Below are positions 1 through 9,679 of a stretch of DNA of 64,000 nucleotides, in pieces (positions within the stretch are counted from its first letter, which is position 1; each line of letters begins with the position of its first letter). A program made the translations under genes and the position numbers. Location: positions 195,522 through 259,521 of the forward strand of contig CAVZGV010000004.1 in the NCBI GenBank assembly GCA_963774955.1, read 5' to 3'. This DNA comes from Candidatus Falkowbacteria bacterium (GTDB lineage Bacteria > Patescibacteriota > Patescibacteriia > CAIXNZ01). The notes below the pieces were generated by a model. It did no database searches. It was not told the origin of the DNA and was given only the letters and a program-made list of their open reading frames with translations.

Positions 1-1296
1 TTTATCCTGAATATAGATGATAAAATAGTTATTATTGGAGTACCTAATGCCTTCACTAAAAGCTGGCTGGAAAAAAAATACAATTCTGAGCTGCTTAAGG
101 CGTTACGAAACATTACCGGCTCCAATCTAAAAGAAATAACCTACAAGGTTGCCTCGTCTAAGGAGCTAAATGAACAAACTCCGGTTGAATATTCCAAGCA
201 AGAAGAGGATGAAACAGAAAAAATACCCTCTGAAAAATTTACGCCCTCAACCGCTTCTCCTTTGGCTAGCTCTTTTGGTTTGAATCCAAAATATACTTTC
301 AATAATTTTGTTGTGGGCAAAAATAATGAATTGGCTCGAGCCGCTTCCTTGGCTGTAGCCAGTAATCCCGGGGTTACCTATAATCCGTTGTTTCTTTATG
401 GAGGCGCTGGCCTCGGAAAAACTCATCTTTTACAGGCTATTGGCCATGACATTTTATCACGGCGGCCTGAGCATAAAATTCTTTATATCACCTGCGAAAA
501 ATTTACCAATGATTTCATTAATTCGGTTTCCAATGGTAAGGCCGCTAGCTTTAAAGATGTCTATCGTTCTGTTGATGTGCTTTTAATCGACGACATTCAG
601 TTCTTGGCGGGAAAAGACGGAACCCAGGAAGAATTTTTTCATACTTTTAATAGCCTGCATCAAAACAATAAACAGGTTGTCTTATCATCAGATCGTCCGC
701 CAAAGTCAATACCGGCTCTGGACAATCGACTTTTAACCCGCTTTGAATGGGGGATGATTGCGGATATATCCTTGCCGGATTTAGAAACCAGAATGGCTAT
801 TTTAGAAACCAAACTTAGAGAAAAAGGCTATACTTTAGATAAAGGTGTTGTTAATTTTTTGGCCAACAACATTGTCTCTAATATCAGAGAACTGGAAGGA
901 GCCTTAAACCGGATAATGGCGTATCATCAGCTAAATGCGCTGCCTCCAACCCTTGAAAGTGTTAAAAAGATTCTCTCTGGATTAACGACCAATTTACAAA
1001 AAAAGTCTATAACTACGAAAGACATTGTTAATACTGTGGCTAATTTTTATGATGTTTTAATTGATGATATTATGGGCGGCTGTCGAGAAAAAAAGCTGGT
1101 AACCCCGCGCCAAATTATTATGTTTTTAATGCGTGAAGAAATTAAAAGCTCTTTTCCGACCATTGGCCAGGAACTGGGCGGTCGTGATCACACCACGGCT
1201 ATTCACGCCGTAACTAAAATTAAAAATGACTATGATAATGATGAAAGGATTCGCAGAGAAATAGAACAAATCAGGCAACGCTTGTATAATATCTAA
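1..1296 (+). CDS. dnaA: Chromosomal replication initiator DnaA (5' end may lie before the window; the frame is open from base 1)
   Basis: Frame 1 is open from position 1 and reads 'VIIGVPNAFTKSWLEKKY...' (DnaA domain I). Walker A 'GGAGLGKTHLL', the AAA+ sensor motifs and the C-terminal DNA-binding helix-turn-helix are present. dnaN follows directly. Confidence 0.9.
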   Translation, partial: FILNIDDKIVIIGVPNAFTKSWLEKKYNSELLKALRNITGSNLKEITYKVASSKELNEQTPVEYSKQEEDETEKIPSEKFTPSTASPLASSFGLNPKYTFNNFVVGKNNELARAASLAVASNPGVTYNPLFLYGGAGLGKTHLLQAIGHDILSRRPEHKILYITCEKFTNDFINSVSNGKAASFKDVYRSVDVLLIDDIQFLAGKDGTQEEFFHTFNSLHQNNKQVVLSSDRPPKSIPALDNRLLTRFEWGMIADISLPDLETRMAILETKLREKGYTLDKGVVNFLANNIVSNIRELEGALNRIMAYHQLNALPPTLESVKKILSGLTTNLQKKSITTKDIVNTVANFYDVLIDDIMGGCREKKLVTPRQIIMFLMREEIKSSFPTIGQELGGRDHTTAIHAVTKIKNDYDNDERIRREIEQIRQRLYNI

Positions 1297-1384
1297 CCCT
1301 GTTAAAAAGCTGTTGAAACTTCTGGGTAAAAAGTATTTATTACTTGTTCACTCATTGAACGCAAAAATAAAAAAACTTTTTCAG

Positions 1385-1558
1385 CCCATTTAATCCACAA
1401 ACTAATCACAAGATTGCACATGGTTTTTCCAAAACTTATAAACATAGCGGTGAAGTATTTTAACCAACATTAATCGAGTGAAAAACTTTTCCTTTCTACT
1501 TATCCACCCCCTTATTACTATTACTATAATAAATAATTAATAAATAATAATATATAAT
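1385..1558. promoter_or_regulatory. oriC-like dnaA-dnaN intergenic region with DnaA-box-like 9-mers and an AT-rich unwinding stretch
   Basis: TTAATCCACA at about 1390-1399 and TTATCCACC at about 1500-1508 (each one mismatch from the TTATCCACA consensus), followed by the AT-only run 'ataataaataattaataaataataatatataatat' before dnaN. Confidence 0.4.
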
Positions 1559-2719
1559 ATGAAAATATCTTGTACTCAAGAAAATTTAAATCAAGGTTTA
1601 AATATTATTTCACATATAGCCAGCAAAAACACATCTTTACCAATTTTAAACAATGTTCTAATTAAAGCCGAGAAAGGCGTTTTAACTTTAGTCACAACTA
1701 ATTTGGAAATGGGGATTAAATGCCAAGTCCGGGGAAAAATTGAAAAAGAGGGTAATTATACGGTCAACTCTAAATTATTTACTGATTATATAAATTTATT
1801 AAATAATCAAAAAATAGAGCTTGAATATAAGAATGATAATTTGGAAATTACCACCGAACAACAATCCACAAAAATTAAAGGCAATAGCGCTGATGAATTT
1901 CCCTTAATTCCCCAATTAGAAAGGAAGAGTCCTTATAAATGCAGACTTAATGATATTGTAACGGCTTTTTCCCAGGTCTTGTTTGCGGTTTCGGTTTCAG
2001 AAACCAGGCCTGAAATTTCCGGTGTTTATCTTAACTTTTCAGAAGACATAATTACATTAGCCGCAACAGATAGTTATCGCTTAGCGGAAAAACAAATTAA
2101 ATTAAAAGAAAAAAGCAAAGAAGAACGGGAGGTGATTTTACCGGCTAAAACAGCCCAAGAATTACTGAGAATTCTCGGAACAGTTTCTCATGGACAATTG
2201 GAAGATGAAAAAGAGCCGAATAATTATGTGGAAATATATTTTGAAGATAATCAGGTTTTATTTGTTTTTGATAATGTCGAATTGGTTTCCCGCATTATTG
2301 AGGGTCAATATCCCAACTACAAGCAAATAATTCCGGCAAATTTTAAAACCAAAGGGGTGGTTAATATTTCCAGCTTTGTTAAGGCGGTAAAAACCGCAGC
2401 CTTGTTTTCCCGCACCGGTATTTTTGATATTAATTTGGAATTTAAGGGCGGTAACTTAATTGTTTCCTCTACTAATAATCAATTAGGCGAAAACAAAGCC
2501 AAGCTAGAAGGCCAGATAACCGGAGATGACAATAAAATAGTGATTAATTATCGTTATTTATTGGATGGTTTACAGAACATTGATTCCACGGATGTTATTT
2601 TTGAAATGATTGACTCTGCCAATCCCTGCATTCTACGCCCGGCCGAAAGCTTGAATGACAAAAAAGAAGCCATCGCGGCCCAGGATTATTTGTATATCAT
2701 AATGCCGATAAAGCAGTAA
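1559..2719 (+). CDS. dnaN: DNA polymerase III beta sliding clamp
   Basis: 386 aa. Three-domain clamp architecture. The N-terminal 'MKISCTQENLNQGLNIISHIASKNTSLPILNNVLIKA' is typical of DnaN. The gene is in the conserved position after dnaA. Confidence 0.9.
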   Translation: MKISCTQENLNQGLNIISHIASKNTSLPILNNVLIKAEKGVLTLVTTNLEMGIKCQVRGKIEKEGNYTVNSKLFTDYINLLNNQKIELEYKNDNLEITTEQQSTKIKGNSADEFPLIPQLERKSPYKCRLNDIVTAFSQVLFAVSVSETRPEISGVYLNFSEDIITLAATDSYRLAEKQIKLKEKSKEEREVILPAKTAQELLRILGTVSHGQLEDEKEPNNYVEIYFEDNQVLFVFDNVELVSRIIEGQYPNYKQIIPANFKTKGVVNISSFVKAVKTAALFSRTGIFDINLEFKGGNLIVSSTNNQLGENKAKLEGQITGDDNKIVINYRYLLDGLQNIDSTDVIFEMIDSANPCILRPAESLNDKKEAIAAQDYLYIIMPIKQ

Positions 2720-2896
2720 AGGTTAAATAAAAAATTAAATAGAAAAGATAAAACAGTAGAAATTAAAAAGAGGGTGTCAAAGCTCTCTTTTTGTGTTAAA
2801 ATAAAGGAAAGATTAACCACGAAATTTTAATCACTAAAAAACACGAAATGCGGGTTTTGTGCGTTTCGTGCAAGTTTTTGTGGTTCAGTTATCACT

Positions 2897-3613
2897 ATGA
2901 ACCCTAAATTAATCTTCGACATCGAAACAATCGGCGAGAACTGGGACGACATGGATGAAACCACCCAAAAAGCCTTGACTTATTGGTTAAAGAAGGATGC
3001 CTATTCAGAAGAGGCTTATGCAGCTGCCTTGGCCAATGTCAAAAACGAATTGGGATTTTCGCCTTATACCGGGCAGATTGTGGCTATCGGCGTTTTGGAA
3101 GTGGAAACAAATAAAGGCGCGGTTTATTATCAGGCACCGGAAAAATCCACAGAAGATTTCGAAGAAGATGGAATCAGGTTTCGAGCTTTGAGTGAAAAAG
3201 ATATGTTGGAAAATTTTTGGAAGGGCGCTATAAATTACACAGAATTTATCAGCTTTAACGGCCGGGGGTTTGATGTGCCTTTTTTAATGATTCGTTCAGC
3301 AGTCAACAGTATTAAACCGACCAAAGACCTGATGTCCAATCGCTATTTAAGCAGCCAGAAATTTAATGCCCAACATATTGATTTAATGGATCAGCTGACT
3401 TTTTACGGTGCTGTCCAAAGACGACCCAAGCTGCATTTGGCTTGCCGGGCCTTTGGCATCAAAAGTCCCAAAGATAATGGAGTTGATGGGGATGAGGTTA
3501 ATCCACTTTTTAAAGCTAAGGAATATCTGAAAATAGCCAAATACAATGCGGCAGATTTAAAGGCGACCCGGGAATTATATTTAAAATGGCAAGAATTTAT
3601 TAATATAAAATAA
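2897..3613 (+). CDS. RNase H-like 3'-5' exonuclease (PolB-exonuclease-like, COG3359/YprB type)
   Basis: 'LIFDIETIG' DEDD Exo I motif and 'FNGRGFDVPFL' Exo II-like motif. 238 aa. Confidence 0.6.
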   Translation: MNPKLIFDIETIGENWDDMDETTQKALTYWLKKDAYSEEAYAAALANVKNELGFSPYTGQIVAIGVLEVETNKGAVYYQAPEKSTEDFEEDGIRFRALSEKDMLENFWKGAINYTEFISFNGRGFDVPFLMIRSAVNSIKPTKDLMSNRYLSSQKFNAQHIDLMDQLTFYGAVQRRPKLHLACRAFGIKSPKDNGVDGDEVNPLFKAKEYLKIAKYNAADLKATRELYLKWQEFINIK

Positions 3614-3660
3614 TCATCAGAAGTTTTGACTTTTAATTTTTAATTTTTGAATTTAAGTTT

Positions 3661-4557
3661 ATGTGGCTATACCTGGCGATTTTCGCCTATTTCTTATTTG
3701 CCCTGGCCAATATCGGTGACAAACTGGTGGTCAGTAAATTTAAAACCGAACCCATCGTTTACGCCTTTTACGTGGGGTTTTTAGGCGTGACTTCCATAAT
3801 TTTGATTCCCTTGGGAGTTCATTGGCAGTCCCTGGGTTTGTTAGTTTTTTCTCTCTTGGCTGGTGTCACCTTTGTGTTGGCGTTATTTTTTATGTACAAG
3901 GCTTTAAGTCTGGGCGAAACTTCCAGAGCCATTACCATCATGGGCGGGTCCAGTCCCATTTTTACATTTTTACTGGCCAATTTATTTTTGCATGAAAAAC
4001 TACAGTTTCAGGAAGTTGGCGCCTTTATTATTTTAGTTTTAGCTATCATTTTAATCAGCTGGGAAAAAGAAAGACCGCTACGTAAAAAATATCACGAGAG
4101 TATGATTTTTTGGTCAGTTCTGGCCGGGCTATTATTTGCCATAAATTATACATTAACCAAGCATCTATTTAATAATGATACTTTTATCAGCGTATTTTTT
4201 TGGACCAGAATTGGCGGCGTTATCACTGCCTTGGTTATACTCTTAATTCCCAAAGCCAGAAAGTTAATTGCCGTTGACTGGAAACGACCTAAAAAGCAAA
4301 AAGGTTCCCTGCTTTTTGGAATTCAGGTTTCCGGCGGGTTGGGCGTTATTTTGCAAAGTTACGCTTTAAATCTGGCTAGTCCAACTTTGGTCAATTCCTT
4401 ACAGGCGATTCAATATGCCTTGGTCTTTGTCTTCGCGCATTTATTAGGCAGGAAAATTCACCAGCTTCAGGAAAAAATATCCAGGGTAGAATTAATCCGC
4501 AAGATTGCCGCCTTTATCTTGATTTTTGTCGGTTTGTATTTACTTGCTAAAATATAA
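3661..4557 (+). CDS. DMT/EamA-like polytopic membrane transporter
   Basis: About 10 hydrophobic helices arranged as two repeated halves. No soluble domains. Confidence 0.45.
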   Translation: MWLYLAIFAYFLFALANIGDKLVVSKFKTEPIVYAFYVGFLGVTSIILIPLGVHWQSLGLLVFSLLAGVTFVLALFFMYKALSLGETSRAITIMGGSSPIFTFLLANLFLHEKLQFQEVGAFIILVLAIILISWEKERPLRKKYHESMIFWSVLAGLLFAINYTLTKHLFNNDTFISVFFWTRIGGVITALVILLIPKARKLIAVDWKRPKKQKGSLLFGIQVSGGLGVILQSYALNLASPTLVNSLQAIQYALVFVFAHLLGRKIHQLQEKISRVELIRKIAAFILIFVGLYLLAKI

Positions 4558-4561
4558 AAAT

Positions 4562-5566
4562 ATGCGTTTACTCAAAAAAACTAAAGTAATAATTTTTATG
4601 CTAATTTTTATTATTGTTTTAATTTGTGTCGGCATTGCTTATTGGGCACACGTTACCTATCAGCCTAATCGTCAAACAGCCTATGGTGTAACTTTTTCCA
4701 AAGAATTTGCGCAATACCTTGGTTTAGACTGGCAGCAGACATATACGGCAATTTTAGATGATTTAAAAGTAAAATATATCAGAATTCCCACTTACTGGAA
4801 TCAGCTGGAACCGGAAATAAATATTTATAATTTTAAGGACTTTGATTGGCAAATATCAGAAGCCGCCAAAAGAAATGTGCGGATTGTCTTGGTTCTTGGT
4901 CGTCGTCAACCGCGCTGGCCCGAATGCCACGATCCAATTTGGGTGGCAGGTTTGGCAGATAATGAGGTCAGGGCCAAAATTTTATATAACATTGAACTCC
5001 TGGTAAATCGTTATAAAGATAATCAGGCGGTGGAAATTTGGCAAATTGAAAATGAACCATTTTTAGATTTTTTCGGTGAGTGTCCGAAAATGAACAAAAC
5101 AGAGTTGCAGGAAGAAATCAGTTTGGTTCAGAAGCTGGATAAAAGAAAAATTTTAATTACTGATTCCGGAGAGCTGAGTACTTGGTATCCGGCCATTAAA
5201 ATGGGAGATATTTTTGGCACAACCTTATATCGCACAACATATAATAAATATTTTGGTTATTGGAATTATTTTTTCCTGCCCGCCTCTTATTATCGGTTAA
5301 AAGCCTTAATTTGGGGCCAGCCTTTGGATGCAGCTTTTGTCGCAGAATTACAGGCAGAGCCCTGGTTTCCCGAAGGACCGCAGAAAACTGATGTGGACAA
5401 GCAATTAAAACTCATGAATGCCGATAAATTAAAGGCCAATGCTGACTATGCCAATAAAACCAATTTTTACCGGGCTTATTTCTGGGGAGTGGAATGGTGG
5501 TATTGGCTGAAAACCGCCAAAGGTAACAGTTCAGTTTGGGATGCGGCTAAGCAGTATTTTAAATAG
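4562..5566 (+). CDS. Membrane-anchored glycoside hydrolase, clan GH-A-like (GH5/GH113-like)
   Basis: N-terminal transmembrane anchor. 'IENEPF' (acid/base Glu after beta-4) and a W/Y-rich TIM-barrel-like sequence. The ATG at 4562 is preferred over the overlapping upstream start at 4526. Confidence 0.45.
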   Translation: MRLLKKTKVIIFMLIFIIVLICVGIAYWAHVTYQPNRQTAYGVTFSKEFAQYLGLDWQQTYTAILDDLKVKYIRIPTYWNQLEPEINIYNFKDFDWQISEAAKRNVRIVLVLGRRQPRWPECHDPIWVAGLADNEVRAKILYNIELLVNRYKDNQAVEIWQIENEPFLDFFGECPKMNKTELQEEISLVQKLDKRKILITDSGELSTWYPAIKMGDIFGTTLYRTTYNKYFGYWNYFFLPASYYRLKALIWGQPLDAAFVAELQAEPWFPEGPQKTDVDKQLKLMNADKLKANADYANKTNFYRAYFWGVEWWYWLKTAKGNSSVWDAAKQYFK

Positions 5567-5604
5567 CAAGCTAACTTGTCAAAATAATATATAATTATTT
5601 CCCC

Positions 5605-5634
5605 GTAGGCGTCACAAGATTGTGGCGCCTACGT
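5605..5634 (+). terminator. Copy 1 of a conserved palindromic hairpin element (CGTAGGCG.CACAAG.TTGTG.CGCCTACG)
   Basis: Near-perfect inverted repeat immediately 3' of the GH gene. The single mismatch is a U-G wobble only in the + strand transcript. Confidence 0.5.
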
Positions 5635-5696
5635 TCGTTTCTGTGATTGACAAGGTAAATTTTAATTGCTAAGGTTTTTGCAAAGGAGGGTAACTC

Positions 5697-6098
5697 ATGG
5701 GAAAATCTCCACAAGCAATAGAGGGGCAGCATATTTTTTCGGCAAAACATTTAAATTTTCGATCAGAAGAAAAGAGGTTGTTGGTAATGGGTGCTGTCGA
5801 TGAAGATTTTTATAACGTTCTGATTTGTTTGGTGGCCGACTTCATGAAAAAGTTATGGAGCCAGGGAAATCATTCAGACAGAAATGCCAAAATTTATATG
5901 GACTATCGACATTTTGATCTACTAGATCGTGTTTCTTTTAGCGAGCTGGGCGCACGTTTTGATCTTTGTCCTTCAAGAATTAGGCAAATTATTAGCAAAA
6001 CGGACAGATTGATTGCCAACAAATTGCTAAGGGATAAATTAAAAATAGAACTTTATTATCAAGTTTTAGCTAAAGCTCTGGAAAGTAAACCTGATTGA
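5697..6098 (+). CDS. Small protein with a sigma-70 region-4-like helix-turn-helix
   Basis: 'SFSELGARFDLCPSRIRQIISKTDRLIANKL' resembles sigma70 region 4.2. Shine-Dalgarno sequence 'aaaggaggg' upstream, and a terminator hairpin at about 6108-6140. Confidence 0.35.
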   Translation: MGKSPQAIEGQHIFSAKHLNFRSEEKRLLVMGAVDEDFYNVLICLVADFMKKLWSQGNHSDRNAKIYMDYRHFDLLDRVSFSELGARFDLCPSRIRQIISKTDRLIANKLLRDKLKIELYYQVLAKALESKPD

Positions 6099-6444
6099 GA
6101 GTTTTTCAAAATCCCCCTTACGGGCGGGATTTTTTTAATAGGTCAAAAGGTTTATAATTAGCTTTAAAAAACTCGACTTATCCACATTTTAATTTGGCTA
6201 ACTCTTGACAAAAATTAAGCCTATGTTATAAATAGAGTATTAGCCAATAAATTTATGAACAATTTTCAAATCTTAAAATCCATCAGACAAATGTGGTCTC
6301 GCTCATATCAAGCAGGGCTATTTTTCCGTCTGGATTTAGGATAAGAATAATTATATAGACAAATTATATTCAGATAGAAAGATAGCCTGCGATAGGGCTA
6401 TTTTTCTTTTGTACATTCAAAGATCAAAAACAAGGGGGTGGAAG

Positions 6445-6627
6445 ATGATCAGGAAAAAAAAGCTGCCTCAAAAAGCTGATGAAATGGGTAATGTCACGGC
6501 CGATAATGATGGTTTGTATAACGACATGATTTATCTGTCGGTTGGTATTGATGGAGCAGATCGTTGTTATAGCCACGAAGATCCGTTTTGCCAGGGACCG
6601 GAATATAATTTCGATGAGTTTCACTAG
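6445..6627 (+). CDS. Hypothetical small protein (61 aa)
   Basis: Strong Shine-Dalgarno 'aagggggtgg' 5 nt before the ATG. No recognizable domain. Confidence 0.3.
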   Translation: MIRKKKLPQKADEMGNVTADNDGLYNDMIYLSVGIDGADRCYSHEDPFCQGPEYNFDEFH

Positions 6628-7156
6628 TGAAAGCGGCAAAGGCAGTTTCTGAATAATCAGAGGCTAAGGTAAAAATTTTCAGCTAAAAAGGAGAAGAACA
6701 TTGAAGCAGAGTAAAGACAACGGTACTCGCCGGGACGGGCCTTGCGCCAAATCCAACATCGGATCGCGGGACAGCGGTATCAACCGTAACAAAAACAGCA
6801 AGCGCGATTCGGGCAACCGGATTTCCTGGGGCTGGTTCAGCCTCTAGGCCCCCACAACTAGGCAGCCTCGCATCATGAGGTGCGAGGTTGCCAAGCTAAA
6901 AAAATCACCGGGCTGGTTAAAAATAGATTCAAAGTGCCAAATGGAATTGGCTGGGCAAAACTGCAAGGTTGAAAGGAGAGAAAAATGATCCGGTCCTACC
7001 GCAATTACATGTCCTGGAAGTAAGCGGCTTTGCCGCTATTTTCTACTTCACATCTTTAAATTCAAATTTCCAGCCGTGAATTTAGGGATAAACCCCAACC
7101 CCCGTACCATTTAAACAAATGGTACGGGGTTAACAAATCTTAAATTATTTAAATAT

Positions 7157-8248
7157 ATGAAAGCGCAGCAGATTTTAGACAAGTTGGTACAATTTAATAC
7201 AGTCGATGATCAGGATAACAGCGGTATCATGAAATTTTTGTCAGATATATTAAGTCCGGCAGGTTTTAAAATCCATCTGGTTAAAAATAAAATTTCCGGA
7301 AAATTAAACCTGCTGGCCAAGTTTAATCAGAAAAAGCCGGTCTTAACTTTTTCCGGCCATACAGATACTGTTCCGGCGACTAACGCCTGGACTTGTTCTC
7401 CGTTCAAATTAACACCTAAAGGAGAAAATTTATATGGCTTGGGAACCGGCGATATGAAAGGACCAATAGCCGCCTTTATCAGCGCAACCTTAAATACGAA
7501 TTTGCAGACGCTGAAAAGAGGTCTTAATTTGGTTTTTACTTACGGAGAAGAGAAAGAGTTGGATGGCATCCAAGAATTTCTAAAAAAAATTAAGCTTAAG
7601 ACCAAACTAGTGATTGTTGGCGAAGATACCGGATTAATCCCTGTTGTGGCCAGTAAAGGTGCCTATGCGGTAAAAATTGAATTTCAGGGCAAAGCTGCAC
7701 ACGGCGCAGATGTTAATAAGGGTATTAATGCGATTATCTCGGCTCAGAAGTTTATTGATAAGCTAAATCAGTATTTTATCGCTTTACAATCTTCTCAGAA
7801 TAAAATATTTGAAATTCCGTTTGCGACCCTCAATGTTGCCAAAATAATCGGCGGCGATTTAATCAACCGCATCCCTGATTATTGTTATTTGGAGTTTGAA
7901 TACCGCACCATCAATAAGCAGCAGGGAGCCAAGATTTATCAGGATATTTTGGAAATTTTAAGGTCTTTGGATTGCAAATTCAAAATCAAGCTGGATTTGC
8001 AGATTCAGCCTATGTTTTCGGCGCCTAAGAGCAAGTATGCGGCGGCGTTAGCAAAAATTACTGGCCAGCAGCCCTTGGGTGTCAATGGAACCTGTGAAGG
8101 GTCTTTTTACAGCAAATACGGCTATGATTGTTTGGTCTTAGGTCCGGGTAATAATATGGCGCATCAGCCCAATGAATATATTAGTGAAGATCAATTGGAA
8201 CAGGGAGTTAAAGTTTACCAAAAAATAATATCTCAATTTTGTCAGTAA
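7157..8248 (+). CDS. M20 family metallopeptidase/deacylase (ArgE/DapE-like)
   Basis: 'SGHTDTVP' metal-binding motif, 'GTGDMKG', a dimerisation-domain insert, and C-terminal 'HQPNEY'. Confidence 0.8.
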   Translation: MKAQQILDKLVQFNTVDDQDNSGIMKFLSDILSPAGFKIHLVKNKISGKLNLLAKFNQKKPVLTFSGHTDTVPATNAWTCSPFKLTPKGENLYGLGTGDMKGPIAAFISATLNTNLQTLKRGLNLVFTYGEEKELDGIQEFLKKIKLKTKLVIVGEDTGLIPVVASKGAYAVKIEFQGKAAHGADVNKGINAIISAQKFIDKLNQYFIALQSSQNKIFEIPFATLNVAKIIGGDLINRIPDYCYLEFEYRTINKQQGAKIYQDILEILRSLDCKFKIKLDLQIQPMFSAPKSKYAAALAKITGQQPLGVNGTCEGSFYSKYGYDCLVLGPGNNMAHQPNEYISEDQLEQGVKVYQKIISQFCQ

Positions 8249-8273
8249 TAGAAGAGAAATGTAACCAAGATAC

Positions 8274-8320
8274 CACGTAGGCGACACAAGCTTGTGTCGT
8301 CTACGTGTGGGTTTTTACAT
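8274..8320 (+). terminator. Copy 2 of the palindromic element plus a T-tract (intrinsic terminator of the M20 gene)
   Basis: CACGTAGGCGACACAAGCTTGTGTCGTCTACGTG followed by 'GGGTTTTT'. The single mismatch is a G-U wobble in + strand RNA. Confidence 0.6.
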
Positions 8321-8364
8321 ATTATTTTATGTCAATTTAGACCTTTTTTTGATATAATGCAAAC

Positions 8365-9531
8365 ATGAAAAACAAACTTAAAATCGGATTTTTTACCGAT
8401 ACTTATTTACCCCAGGTCAATGGCGTGGTGACTTCCATTGAACTTTTTCGCCAGGAATTGGAACGCCAGGGACATAAGGTTTATATTTTTTGTCCCCGGG
8501 TAGCCGGCGAAAAAGACAGCGCTCGGGTGATTCGCTTCAAATCATTCCGTTTTTTATTTCAGCCCGAATATCAGGTATCCATACCTTTTTCCCGACATAT
8601 TTTGCGAGACTTTTGGTCTAAAGATTTGGATATAGTTCATGCCCATACCCCCTTTAGTATCGGTTTGATGGGCTACTATTATGCTTATATAAAGAAAGTA
8701 CCTTTTATCCATACCTATCATACTTTATATCCGGAATATATTAAATCTTACATTCTTAAAGGCCGGTTAATTACCCCCGGGATGGTGGCCAAATTAAGTG
8801 CAGTCTTTTCCAATCGTTGCGATTTAACCATTGCGCCTTCAGTTAAAATAAAAAAATTATTGGCAGGTTATGGCGTGACTAAACCAATTGATGTTTTAGC
8901 TACCGGAATAAACATTAAAGAGTATAGTACTAAAATTAAACAAAATAATTTCCGCCGGCAGTATGGACTTAAACCTGCTGATAAACTTTTGATTTTTGTC
9001 GGTCGTTTAGGGAGAGAGAAGAATATTGATTTTTTGATTTCTGCTTTGCCTTTGATTCAGAAAAAAGTATCCGCCTCAGGCGGAAAAAATACTAAATTAA
9101 TTATTGTCGGTGACGGTCCTCATCGAGCAAACCTGCAAAAGCAGGCAGTTAATCTGAAACTTAAAGATTCGGTTGTTTTTACCGGCTATTATACAAAGCC
9201 AGAAGTGATCAAGGCTTATCAGGCCAGTGATATATTTGCTTTCGCGTCTTTAACCGATACGCAAGGAATGGTGGTAGTAGAAGCCGCTGCAGCCGGGTTG
9301 CCAATTGTAGCTGTAAAAGACGATGCCTTCGGCGAATTTTTGCAGGATGGGAAAAATGGCTTTAACACCCAGCAAAACAAAAAAGACTTTAGTACCAAAG
9401 TCAGTCAAATTTTAAACAATAGGGTTCTCTATACTAAAATGTCCAAAAAGTCTCAGGAGATTGCCAGGGAGTTTACGATTGAAAAGCAGACGAAGAAGCT
9501 GGTAAAAATTTACCGAGATTTAAAGGTATAA
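8365..9531 (+). CDS. GT4 family glycosyltransferase (GT-B fold)
   Basis: N-terminal 'KIGFFTDTYLPQVNGV' and the C-terminal E-x7-E-like region 'EAAAAGLPIVA'. TATAAT at about 8353. Confidence 0.8.
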   Translation: MKNKLKIGFFTDTYLPQVNGVVTSIELFRQELERQGHKVYIFCPRVAGEKDSARVIRFKSFRFLFQPEYQVSIPFSRHILRDFWSKDLDIVHAHTPFSIGLMGYYYAYIKKVPFIHTYHTLYPEYIKSYILKGRLITPGMVAKLSAVFSNRCDLTIAPSVKIKKLLAGYGVTKPIDVLATGINIKEYSTKIKQNNFRRQYGLKPADKLLIFVGRLGREKNIDFLISALPLIQKKVSASGGKNTKLIIVGDGPHRANLQKQAVNLKLKDSVVFTGYYTKPEVIKAYQASDIFAFASLTDTQGMVVVEAAAAGLPIVAVKDDAFGEFLQDGKNGFNTQQNKKDFSTKVSQILNNRVLYTKMSKKSQEIAREFTIEKQTKKLVKIYRDLKV

Positions 9532-9679
9532 TTTTGGCTAATTTTAAAGTAATACTTCTATAAAAAGACCGATAATTCGGTCTTTTTTATTTTTTGATTA
9601 GTATACTAGTCAACTTTTAGCTAAAATCCTTGACGAAAGTTTTAAATATGCTATAATGTGATTATTATAATGATTAAAT

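Noticed and set aside
398-586. Small ORFs nested in dnaA (398-586), in the exonuclease gene (2997-3191) and antisense ORFs in the swivel genes (11065-11283, 16406-16951, 18008-18364, 18883-19233, 20870-21112)
   Set aside because: They overlap well-supported genes in other frames. The antisense copies merely mirror the conserved GGITCHAAIVSRE-coding DNA of the swivel domain.
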